The notes under the pieces are model-generated. The model did no database searches and was not told the DNA's origin. It saw nothing but the letters and a program-made list of their open reading frames with translations. A DNA stretch of 64,000 nucleotides, taken from NCBI RefSeq assembly GCF_009834535.1, contig NC_045696.1, forward strand, positions 98,334,001-98,398,000. The letters are read 5' to 3'. Made by a program: the position numbers and the translations under genes. How positions within the stretch are numbered: position 1 is the stretch's first letter; each line of letters begins with the position of its first letter. Below, in pieces: positions 50,520 through 62,710 of this stretch. The DNA comes from Camelus ferus. Taxonomy: Eukaryota.

Positions 50520-51460
50520 AACTGATTAACGTTTATAGAGGACCTACTGTGAGCCTGGCACAGGGCCTCTTGCTTTTACACACTGTTTCATTTAGTGTCT
50601 CTACAACTCTGTAGTTCTCTGTACAGTATTTTTAGTCCCATTTTCTGGGTATAGAGATTGAGATTCAGAGAGATTAAAAAACTTGCCCTATGTCAAGAAG
50701 CCAAGGCCTGGGACAGAGGCTTCTCCAGTTTCACAATTTTGAATCAGGTTAGTTCTATTTGCTTTTACATCGTTAGGGACAAATCGAAACTGTGTTCAGA
50801 TACAGTTTTCTCATGGGAAGGCAGGCAGGAAGTTCTGTTTTACTTGATTTGTGGCTTTTCCCCTTTAAGATGGGTTTCTTTTTTAATAAAGGATTTATTT
50901 GCCTCAGAGGATTCATTAATAAGAACAACAACAACAAATAGCATTTGTGTATCAGTTGGCAGCCTGCTCTGCTTTCTTGCAATGCATTTTCTTATACGTT
51001 GTCTCATTTTATATTCACAAGTGCCCAGGAGAGATAAGTAGTATTCTTTTCTAATTTTAAGATGTAAACTGAGTCCTGAAAGTTGAAGTTATTGCCTCAA
51101 ATCACACAGTAAATGGAGATTCTGGGTCCCAAATGCAAGAATTCAGTCCCTACTCCTCACAAGAATCTATTATTACTTATGAGAGATAACCACCAACCTG
51201 GAGATCCCTAATCTGAGCCACAGAAAGGAACAAGGCTACAGAAAAAAATGGTCTGTTTAATACTTTATCCATTTCATTTCCATTAGGCACCCCACCCATG
51301 CTGTTGATCATTTTATGTGTTAACTGTTTGTGTCTGTCTTCTCAATATTCTGTATGGTCCAGACTATGAGGGCTGCCATTTTGCCTTATTCAATTTAATA
51401 TTTCTTACAGTTAACACAACGCATTGCATGGAGTAGGCACTCAATATATATTGATGAATG
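50520..51460. mobile_element. Cluster of MIR (50520-50720 and 50990-51150, minus) and L2 3' end (51300-51460, plus) remnants
   Basis: cccattttct...ttgagattcagagagattaa..aacttgccc; ttttaagatgtaaactgag; gtaggcactcaatatatattgatgaatga. Confidence 0.6.
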
Positions 51461-52759
51461 AGTACTTTCAAAATATAAACTTTCAAAGCAGAATAAAAGC
51501 AATGAATTTTTCACTCCAGTGTTTTAACTGAATTTTTTTTCCTTTATCAGCATGATGGATTTGGTTTTTAGTGACCAGCATGGTGAATAACAAATATTGG
51601 TACTAAACTAATTAGTGTATTTTGAAACACCTCATTTTTACTACCAGCTATATCTGGCCAAATAGTTTACCAAATATTTTACTGCTAATTGAAAGATCTT
51701 GATAGAAGCACCTTCTGTAGATGGGTACACTATTGTCATTTCCTCCCTCAACACACCAAAATAAAACAAATCCCATTGAAACAGTGATTTCTTTTTTGTA
51801 CTGAAACCAAATGGCAGTGGTACCTGCCTTTGGAATCATGATAAACGAAGTTTCTCCAACGTGAAATTCAATCTGAGCCTTGAGTCATATTGCCAAATGC
51901 TGGCCAGTGAAAACAACCATTAAGAGAAAGTCCTGATTTATTTCTTCAATTTTCTCATTCAGACAGAGCATTTGTGGTCAAGTGCTCTGTGGTCAAATGG
52001 CACCTAAATTGAATAAAAACATTCCAATTTTAAGTCTTTGTTTTTCTGACCTTTGTATATGATGGAAGACTACTGCAGATCTGCTCTGGAAATGTCCCAG
52101 GTTTGAATAGATGTTTGCATTGCAGAATGTCCTAGCTTTTGTTATGTGCCCTTAAGGTAGTGGTTACTGTCTGACGTTTTATTTATTTATTTATTTACTC
52201 ATTAACTACAGGGAGCATCTAGTTCTGTTGAAAATGTTCATCTAGTTTTCAGATCATTTTGCAGCTGTGGATACATAAATGCTTCAGAGAGCTGTTGACT
52301 CTGACATATTATAGGTGTGGCCTACAGGATTTATGATGTGGAAAAGGCAGAAGGAAATAGAGCAGTAGTGTGATGACCCCAACCATTCTAAATCACCTTG
52401 CTGCTAGGAAATATGCTTTTCTTGTCAGTTGCTTATCATACCAAATAATATTAGCCTCTGTTTAGAGATGTTTATTGTGAAGAATTTTTAATTAATTTGC
52501 ATACACTGGGTTTATTTAGGAATCAATAACTAACAATTACAGAGATAATGGTCTCTGAAGGATCAGAAAGAATTATATAAGAATATGAAATGAAAGTAGA
52601 TTCAGAATTGGGTCAAGTCATGATCTTTTCATGTATTGATTTTAGCACTATTCATCTTGTATTAGAGTTAGCCATTTCTTTGGTTTATCCACTAGATTAC
52701 TATCTTATCAGTGTTAGCGGCTGAAATTTATTTATTTTTTCAAAATCAAAATGTTGCCT

Positions 52760-53690
52760 GTGTAATCTAGTGCCATTATAAAGCAAGTGCATAGCACATA
52801 ATGGAGGCTCAGAAAATAGTTGTTGAAACTTCAAATACTCTGTATATATTTTATATGAATACTTCCCTTTAGTTGTATTCTGTGATGAACACATACCAAA
52901 TAGATTTAAATTATTCACTTTAATATAAAATAAATCCTTTAATATAACTAACATTTCAGATTATAGAGCTTTTTTGAACTGGTTCTTTTGAGATTACTGC
53001 TACAAAAATTTCGATTATTTTTATTTCAGAAAGAGAGAGAGATTCTCTGAATAAATTAGGCAGATTAATTTGGTGCATTATAATTTTTTTGGAATTTACA
53101 CAGAAATATACTATATATCTTTTGTTTCTCCAAACAATGCTGTGAGGTAGAAACATTAGGTATATTATTATTAATTCCACTTTACAAAAGAGAAAGGCAA
53201 GTGGTTTTTCTTAAATTTTTTGCCTAATAGGTATTGGGCAAAGGATTGGAACACAAATTTTCTGACTTTTAAGTACTCTGAATTTTCCCACTAATGCCAT
53301 TTTTCATTTTAACCTACATTTGATGGAGTTAAAATTTGTTGACTTTGTTGGTAGTTAAACTTAGAAAATGAGGTGTCCTTTCTGGTTTATTCCGTAAATA
53401 TGAAACCATACTTGGAGGCTGAGGGGTATGGTTAAAAAGTGCCTGGATTTGAAGTCAGAGTTTGCATCTCAGCTGTGCCACATGGATGTGACTTTAATGA
53501 CAAATCTCTATAGAATTCATCGGTAAAATACAAATAAACAAAATAAATAAGAAGGGACAAATGAGACAGAAAAAATCTGTATGAATTTGAAACAGTACTT
53601 AACCGTTTGGTAACACAGTTTTCCCATCTGTAAAATGGAACTGATTATACTTATGGCACAGGATTGGATAGAAGATAAAGCAAAAAGCAC
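52760..53690. mobile_element. Cluster of L2 3' end (52760-52830) and MIR (53130-53290 minus, 53415-53690 plus) remnants
   Basis: agtgcatagcacataatggaggctcag; aacaatgctgtgaggtag...ccactttacaaa; cagttttcccatctgtaaaatgg. Confidence 0.6.
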
Positions 53691-56598
53691 CCTCATTTGA
53701 ACTTGTGTATCATATTGGTTATAATAATACAGGCTGCCTCCTGCCAGAAAGACAGATGATTCATTTGACCTTCTACATTTTATTTGAATATATACCTAGG
53801 TTTAAAAACATTCTATAGTTTCAAAATAAATTATAACATTTCTCATTTATATTGTCATCTTTTCTAAAAATATATGCTTATAATCTATGTTGTAAGTTTG
53901 TTGTAGTTCTGTTTCTGCATGAACTTGGGGAAAACATAGTGTCAGATAACTTTGTAAAATGTTAGTTCTGTTGATTGAAATGCTATAATGTCATTCATGC
54001 TGCTGATATTTAAGTTTTCAAAATCTTTTTCTCACTCAAAAAAGTTTATGAAATGGTATAATTAATATGATATACCTCATTTGTCAAAGCCCCGTCAGGA
54101 TGTTCTTTCTGCCTTAATTTATAAATAAGATGAATGTATCTTTTACTGGATGGTGTAGTCTGACAATTTTCAGTATAAATAGCAGTTTATTTTCTTACTC
54201 AGTGTTTGAACTATGGCCTCTTTCTGGAAGTTGTAACTAAAAATTGCAAAAAAAAAAAAAAAGGAGTCTTTTAAGTATAATATATTTGACATTAATTAGT
54301 TTCCATTCTTGGATACTGGTATGAAGAGCATAAATTTATTTCTTGGACTCAGGAGACCACACTTAATAAATAGATGAATATTTAGAAAACAAAAACAAAA
54401 CAGCATTGCATGTAAAATGCTTCTAAGTAGGAGCCTATGTTAAGAGAAAAGAATGGGTAGCAGCCTTTCCTATGTATTAGGCATACGGAATAAAGATTTA
54501 GAGAATATCAAATGATCTGACATTAAAGAAATTCTTCCTATTTTTTGTCATTTTACTTTAAGTCTTTATTATATGTATTGAAAATACTAGTCACATATAT
54601 TTATGACAACTAAGTATATATCAAGAATTAATGACGATCATCTTATTCGATTCCTATGATTAATTAAAATGGAAAACGTTAATGCCAGGTAGGGCACTTA
54701 TCATGATGACCCTTCACATTTGGTAATGATGCTTAAAACATTTCCATAAACAGTTACTTCTATGTACTTCTTGTACACGACATCTCTTTTAAGTTTTTTC
54801 GACATTTGTAGATTTGTTTTGCTCAGCGGCCCTTTCCCTCAAAAGAATGCAGGTGTAATACTTCCCAATGATGCGGATGTCATGGCAACTTGCAGAGAAC
54901 AGAGTATATTGCAACACAGAGGCTGGGGTCAGGGGACTCATTTAGATGGCAGGTCAGTGGTCATACATAGCTCTGGTAACCAGTGTGAGGCTGAAATACA
55001 GATTTTTCTGTCATGAGGACAAATAAGAAGTAATAACTATTTTTTGTAGAGATTATGCCCTTTCAAATTCAGTTTATGGCCATTTAGTTTGAAAATTATA
55101 GAGATGGTTGGTGGCAGTTATCTTTTTTCTTTTTTTTTTAAGGTGGTTGGTTATTTGGCAAATTAAGAGTGGCCTTGACCTATCTAGCCTCCCAATTAAA
55201 AAAAACAAACAAACTGGTTTGTGAAATCCTGAAGTCTGAGAATCAACAAATTAAGATGATTTAAGAGATCTAACCCCTACACACTAGCCTTTCTGAGTTG
55301 GTGATTAAATTTATGGCTCAGCAAAACAAAACAAAATTGAAACAAACAAAACCCTACTTGTCATGACCCTTAAAAGATCACTTGAAATAGTTAAGAGTTA
55401 ATGGAAAATGTGTGAACCCAAATTGTCTACTATCCTTATGTAAAAACTAGCTGCTTTTTTAAAGGTTTGTCTATCAAAATGCTATTATGTTTTGACTTTG
55501 TATGGTTTCTCTTTAAAGACATTTGCTTAGGTGATATATGAGACATTTAAAAGCCACTGCCATATAAAGCTGACCGGCTTTTGTAGGAAAGCCATGATGG
55601 AAAGTGGATGTACAGATGATGAAGATTTTTGGAAAATGCAGAGACTCAGATGTAGAGGGGATGGTGACTTAGACTTTTCCTTGCCAAGACTTTTCTAATG
55701 GTCAGGGCAGCTATGGGTACTGCCATATGGGTTGAGATGACTGGAGAGTCAGCTGTAGGAAAGCAGCCAAAAGGCAGGGGATCAGTGTTCCCCCGAAGCC
55801 TATCAGAAAAGACAGGAAAGCTTCTCTACATCCTCTCTCTGGTGGGAAAGCCTTCTTAATTATAATTGATGCAATAGTAAGTACAGTGCCCACCATTCTT
55901 GGCCATCACCAGAAAAAAACAGGTGTGAGGGTCTGAGTAAGAGCAGACCAGTAGTCTGGAGAAAGCTTTTAGGTAGTAAGATACATTTTGATGTTTAGAC
56001 TTTTTTATTTTCTCAATTAAAATCATGCTTTAAACTAGATTTCTATCTTTAATTTGCATTTCTGTATGTCATAGGGTTCACAGATGTGCTTTAGGGGCAT
56101 CTGCAAATCATGGAATGTTTACACTAAATTTTATTTTCAGATATATTTTTCTTGGGGGAAGGCTCACAATTTTCTTTTTAATTACTTTATATTTCTGCTT
56201 TGTGTTTTATTATTTTTCTTCTGTTTGATTTCCTATGCTACTTACTTGATTCTCAGCAAGTGATTATTCTTAATTTAGTTGATATATTAACTTTGGGAGG
56301 GTGGAGTACTTGATAAATCTTATCTATGGTGTAGTAAAGTCTCCTTGAATTTTTGCTCCTATTTTGTTGTTTTTGTTAAAGTCGTTATTTGTCTCTTCTA
56401 AAAGTTCTATTTCCCTGAGAACTGCTTCTGTGTGTTCTTGATTGTCCTCTTGTTGCTAGTAGTTTTTCTTTACTTACTCGTGAGTCTATTTAGAGTCAGG
56501 AAGGAATGAGAATTCTCTGCAACTGTGGAACATTGATGGGAAATTTTCATCCTTCTCTTGAGGGCACTTTGTGCTCCTACATCCTCCCAATGGTGAGG

Positions 56599-58922
56599 AT
56601 CCCACTCTCACTGCTCCTATTCATCATAGAAGTGGGATATCTACACATATCCCACTCTCACCACTCCTATCCTTCATAGTACCAGAAGTCCAAGCTAGAG
56701 CAATCAGGCAAGAAAAAGAAATAAAAAGCATCAGAATTGGAAAGGACGGAGTAAAACTGTCTCTATATGCAGATGGCATGATATTATACATAGACAATCC
56801 TAAATACTCGATCAAAGAACTCTTAGAACTAATCAGTGAATTCAGTAAGGTTGCAGGATACAAAATTAGCATACAAAAATCAGTAGGGTTTCTATACACT
56901 AATAATGAATTTTCTGAAAAAGAAATAAAAAATTCAGTACCATTTACAACAGCAGTACAAATAATGAAATACTTAGAAATAAATTTAACCAAGTAGGTGA
57001 AAGATCTTTACTCTTCAAACTACGAGACATTTATGAAAGGAATTGAAGAAGACAAAAATAAATGGAAAGGTACCCTGTGTTCACAGATTGGAAAAATTAG
57101 TATTTTTAAAATGTCAGTACTACCAAAAGTCATCTATAGATTTAATGCAATCCCTATCAAGATTTCAATGGCATTTTTTACAGAAAAAATAAACACTCCT
57201 AAAAATTATATGCAACCACAAAAGACTGAGAATAGCCAAAGAAATCCTGAGAAAGATGAACAAAGCAGGAGGCATCACACTTCCTAAATTCAAGCTACAC
57301 CATAAACCTGTAGTAATTAAAACAGTATGGTGTTGGCATAAAAACAGACAAACTAGACCAATGGGACAGAATTGAGAGCCCAGAAATAAATTCGAGCATA
57401 TACGGTCAACTCATTTTTGATAGGGGAGCCAAGAATACTCAGTGGAGAAAAGATAATATATTGTGCCCAGGAAATTGGCTATTCACATGTAAAAGAATGA
57501 AATTTGACCTTAATCATATACCATTCAAAAAAATTAACTGGAAATAGATTAAAGACTTAAATGTAATAGCTGAATCTATGTGGCTCGTAAAAGAAAACAT
57601 AGGAAAAAAATTCCTTTTAAAAAAAAATTCAAATGATACATTTATTGGCGCTGTGCCTTTTCTACAATGCTAGATTAAATAAACTTGTCAAAAAATATGG
57701 TTTAGGTGTGATTTCCTAGAGCACAAGCAACAAAATAAAAACAAGTGGGACTAATCAAACTTAAAAGATTTTGCACAGCAAAAGAAACCATCAACAGAGA
57801 GAAAAGACAATCTGTGCAATGGGAGAAAATATTTGCAAATCTTGTATCTGATAAAGGGTCAATATTCAAAATATATAAAGAACTCACACAATTCAATAGC
57901 AAAAATACAAATAATCCAATTTAAAAATGGGCAAAGGGCCTGAATAGACGTTTTTCCAAAAAAGATATATAAAAATAGTCAACAAGTATATGAAATAATA
58001 CTCAGCATCACTAGTTACTAGGGAAATGCAGATTAAAACCAAATTGAGATCTCACTTAACACCTATTAGTATGGCCATCATCAAAGAGACAAGAGATAAA
58101 TGCTGACATGGATTCGGAGAAAAAGGAAAACTTAAACACTTTTGGTGGGATTGTAAATTGGTCACAGTCATTATGGAAAGTAGTATGTAGGTTCCTCAAA
58201 AAATAAAAAACAGAACTACCATATGAAGCAGCAATTCCACTTCTGAGAATATCTCCAACAGAAACAAAAACACTAACTGAAAAAGATATCTGCACTTCCA
58301 TGTTCATAGAAGTGTTATTTACAATAGCCATGACGTGGAAACAACTAAGTGTCCACTGATGGATGAGTGAATCAAGAAGAATAATATGGAATGTTACTCA
58401 GCTGTAAAAAATGAGGAAATGCTACTATTTGTGACAACATGGTTGGACTTCAAGGGCATTATGCTAAGTGATGAAAGTCAGACTGAGAAAGACAAATACT
58501 GTATGATTTCACTTATATGTGGGATCTAAAAACAAAACAAAACAAAAATGCCAAACTCATAGAAAAAGAGCTTAGATTTGTGGTTACCAGAAGTGGGAGG
58601 TAAAGGGAGGGAGAATTGGAAGAAAGTGGTCAAAAGGTACAAAATTCCAGTTATAAGATAAATAAATGCTAGGGATATAATATACAAAATAATGGCACTA
58701 CTGTATGATACATGGGAAAGTTGTTAAGAGGGTGGATCCTAAGAGTTCTCATCACAAGGAGAATTTTTTCTTTTCTTTTTATTGTATCTATATAAGAAGA
58801 TGGGTATTATTAAACCTATTGTGGTAATCATTTCACAAGATATGTAAATCAAACCATCATGCAGTGTACCTTAAACTTATACAACAACATATGTCAGTTA
58901 TTTCTCAATAAAACTGGAAAAA
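56599..58922 (+). mobile_element. L1MA9-like 5'-truncated L1 (ORF2 RT to polyA) with a complex 5' junction
   Basis: ORFs 56571-56996 and 56997-57287 are ORF2 ([26 protein letters not shown]); 3'UTR ends ttctcaataaaactggaaaa. Confidence 0.93.
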
Positions 58923-59111
58923 CGTCATGTTACCACAAATTTCAATTGTTTAATTAAAATACTTGTTCAATGTAAAAAGTCTAATAAGGAGATGTTAACA
59001 TCTGCGTAATGTTAAACTTTTCTGTCAAGGGGAAAAATAGAGAAGAGGTAGTTCAGCCTCTGTATAGCTCTCTCTCAGCTCCTCCTGGGCTGCAGCAGCA
59101 CCTCCTAGGAC

Positions 59112-59868
59112 ACGATTTTGAGGGTTTCAGGACTTCAGTGGAATAAGTAACTGCAGATGTGTTGGAAATAGCAGAAGAACTAGAATTATAAGTGGAGCCT
59201 GAAAATGTGACTGGATTGCTGCAATCTCACGATAAACCTTTCATGGATTAGGAGTGGCTTGTTGTGGATGAAAAAAGAAAGTGGTTTCTTGGGATGGAAT
59301 CTACTTTTGGTGAAGATACCATGAGGCTGTTGAAATGACACCAAAGGATTTAGAATACTACATAAACTTAGTTGGTAAAGCTGTGACAGGGTTCGAGAGA
59401 AGTGACTCCAATTTTGAAAGAAGTTCCACTGAGGGTAAAATGCTATCAAACAGCATTGCATGCTACAGAGAAATCACTTGTGAAGGGAAGAGTCAGTCCA
59501 TGTGGCAAAAATTATTGTTGTCTTATCTTAAGAAATTGCCACAGCCACCCCAACTTTTAGCAACCACCGTGATCAGTAATCAGTAAGCAGCCACCAGCAC
59601 TGAGCAAGACTCTCCACCAGCAAAAAGATTATGACTCACTGAAGGCTCAGATGATAGTTAGGATTTTTTCAGCAATAAAGTATTTTTAAATTAAGGTATG
59701 TACCTTGTTTTTCTAGACATAATGCTATTGCACTTGAAAGACTATATAGTATAAGCATAACATTTATATGCACTGGGAAACCAAAAAATCTGTGTGACTC
59801 ACTTTATTGAGAAATTCAGTTCATTGCAGTGGTCTGGAACCAAACCCACAATATTCCCAGGGTATGTG
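59112..59868 (+). mobile_element. Tigger1 (TcMar-Tigger) 3' portion with transposase C-terminal remnant and degenerate terminal repeat
   Basis: ORF 59335-59586 reads [31 protein letters not shown]...[12 protein letters not shown]; end gtggtctggaaccaaacccacaatattcccagggtatg. Confidence 0.93.
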
Positions 59869-60870
59869 AATAGGGCTGCAATGAACATGGCGGTGCATTT
59901 ACCTTTTCATTTTCAGATAAATACTCAGGGGTGGAATTACTGGATCATATGGTAGTTCTTTCTTAAATTTTTTGAGGAACCTCCATATTGTTTTTCATAG
60001 TGGCTGCACCAGTTTATATTCCCACCTACAGATACAAGGATTCCCTTTTCCCACATCCTGGTTAACATTTTTTATTTCCTGTATTTTTGATAATAGCCAT
60101 TATTACTGGTGTGAAGTGTTATCTTGTTGTAGTTTTGATTTGCATTTCTCTGATGATTAATGATGCTGAGCATCTTTTCATGTGCCTGTCCTCTTTGGAA
60201 AAATGTTCATTAAGATTTTCTGCCTAATTTTTAATTGGTCTACTTTTTTGTTGTTGTTGTTATTGAGTTGTATGAATTCTTTATGTATTTTGGATATTGA
60301 CACCTCATCAGATACATGATTTGCAAATATTTTCTCCCATTCAAGAGGTTGCCTTTTTATTTTGTTGATGGTTTTCTTTGCTGTGCAGGAGTTTTTTAGT
60401 TTGATGTAGTCAACTTGTTTATCTTTGCTTTTGTTGCTTTTACTTTTGGTGTCAGATTTAAAAAAAAAACTGCCAAAATTTTTTTTAAATTTTGTTTTAG
60501 GGGGAGGTAATTAGATTTTTATTTGTTTATTTATTTAATGGAGGTACTGGGGATTGAACCCAGGACCTTGTGCATGCTAGGCACACACTCTACCCCTGAG
60601 CTATACCCTCCCCAAATTATTGCCAAAATTTATGTCAAGGAGCTTACTACCTATGTTTTCTTTTAGGAGTTTTATGGTTTCAGGTCTTATGTTCAAGTTT
60701 TTAACCCATTTTGAGTTGATTTTTGTGTATGGTGTAAGATGGTAGTCTAGTTTCATTCTTTTGCATGTGGCTGTCCAGTTTTCCATTTATTTAAGACACT
60801 GTTCTTTCCCCATTGTATATTCTTGTCGTAAATTAATTGACCATATATGTGTGGGTTTATTTTAGACTCG
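59869..60870 (-). mobile_element. L1 ORF2 C-terminal fragment, interrupted by a SINE
   Basis: ORF 60601-60786 [26 protein letters not shown]; antisense ORF2 motifs throughout. Confidence 0.9.
60482..60613 (-). mobile_element. tRNA-Ala-derived SINE, Vic-1-like, with TSD
   Basis: Reverse strand GGGGAGGGTATAGCTCAGGGGTAGAG...CTAGCATG...GGGTTCAATCCCCAGTACCTCCA plus A-rich tail; TGCCAAAATTT repeated at 60471-60481 and 60621-60631. Confidence 0.92.
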
Positions 60871-61299
60871 CTAATTACCACTTTATTTCCTTCCAAATTA
60901 AAACATTTTGAATAAGTTTATTATAAAGATTAACCTACATCACAGGCTCAAATAACACAACTACAGCAATAAAAGCACTCCTTGAATTGCCCTCTAAAAG
61001 AAAGATAAAACATTAACCTACCTCAAGACATTCACAAGTGTATCAGAGCAGTCATCTTTGAAGGCTAATTGGGTTTTGAAGTATTTATAGACACAAAAAT
61101 ATTTAATGCTACTGACCTCCAGAAAGACATTTAATGGCTAATAAACAACAAAAATGTTGAAGGTTGTCACTCTTAAATGTGTATGATATTTTAGTGATCA
61201 AATGTCTCATGGATCATAGATTACTAATTAGATTTCTTTTGAACTGTTGAATGTATTCCCTCATGCTTGAAACTAGGAATAGGAGGGCCCAGTTAACCT

Positions 61300-61960
61300 T
61301 GTAGCTGATTCAAATCCTTGCAGAATCTTTTCTCGTGAAGTTCAGGTTGTTCTGTAAGCACAGTTTTCTGACCCATTAATCTGAAAGACATCTTGTGTCT
61401 TCAGCAACCTCGTAATTTTTCCTTAAATATAAACGATGATAGTACTTATCTGATGATGTTGCTATACAGATAAAATGGGTTAATTCATTTAAAGTGCCTA
61501 GAACAGTGCCTGGAATGTAGTAAAAACTAAAAAAAAAAAATATTATTTGCTCTTATCATTACTTCCCCTGTCAAATTTGAAAATGAAAGGATACACGTGT
61601 ATTTAAGCAGTATTCTCCTGAAAGCACTCGATTCAAAATATTACTAAGGCAAAAATGTATTAAGTTACCTCTATCTTATCTTGATTCTAATCTCAAAAAT
61701 AGGTTACTATTTATATACTGTTTGCTTTCATTTTGGTTTCTAGGAAAGGCTTTGAATCAGAACAATCTGTTTTGAATCTTGTCACTTGTATTTACTAGTT
61801 ACATGACCCTGGTAAAGTTAATCTTTCTAAGCTTCTCTTCATTCAGCTGTAAAGCAAGGATAATACTTATGGGTTCTTAGTAAAGTCAAAGAAAATAATG
61901 TGTGTAAATATCTAAACACCTAACATCTAGCCTATAATAGGTACTCAGTAACTATTCCTT
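61300..61960 (+). mobile_element. Two MIR remnants (about 61300-61560 and 61745-61960)
   Basis: aaagtgcctagaacagtgcctggaatgtagtaa; atttactagttacatgaccctggtaaagttaatctttctaagc...ctgtaaa. Confidence 0.7.
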
Positions 61961-62692
61961 TTCCATTCCTATTTCATTGTTTTCAAAGTGATGATCTGAA
62001 AATAATGATGACTTTGATAAGAGTAAAGCCAAATTTTAGCTCAAGGCAACAGGCTAATTTTAATCTATTCTCCATTGCTTTAAAATAAAGAAAATCTTAT
62101 AGTTAAGGATCAATTATTTTGATTTTTTTATTAATTCAGAATTAGGCATGAATTTGTGAAAATAAAGGATTGTTACTGTTTTACTAAATTTCTTCTCTGA
62201 TACATTCTTGACAACTTGTCGTAATTCTTTTCTTAAAATTTTATAATAAAAAAAACTTGTCTTATTCCTTCTCTAGAAAACCCTTATTGATTACTTTTAC
62301 TTAGATCAAGGGAATATCATATATAACATAAACAACAAACATTTAGATTTGTCCAGGAAATCACTCTAAGTTTTTTTTTTAATTTTATCTTTTATGTTGC
62401 CAGAGAAGTGAATACTTCTGTGACTATGACTGAGAAATTTAGAAAAATAAAAAGTAATAGAAAAAAAGATCACCCATACAAAAAAACTCTGTTTAACGTA
62501 TTTCCATTTTTAATATTTTTTTTTTGCAGAAAATCCAGTTCATTGTCAACTATTTCATAAACTTATCTCCCATTGGAATAAACAATGGAAAACTTCACAA
62601 AGGTGAAGCTTTTTGGAGTGTGAGCCAGTACAAGTAGCATGGGTTCCTTGAAAGAGGGACTGGAGTGGCCCCCTCAGAGCCATTCTGGGCAG

Positions 62693-62710
62693 CAGCGCCA
62701 CCTGGAGTCC
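62693..62710 (-). promoter_or_regulatory. CTCF-like motif
   Basis: Reverse strand GACTCCAGGTGGCGCTG against core CCA[C/G]CAG[G/A]TGGCGC; retains its CpG in a GC-richer unique patch. Confidence 0.5.

Noticed and set aside
60540..60613. tRNA-Ala gene
   Set aside because: Has an A-rich tail, a TSD and a diverged sibling at 6345-6502, so it is a SINE
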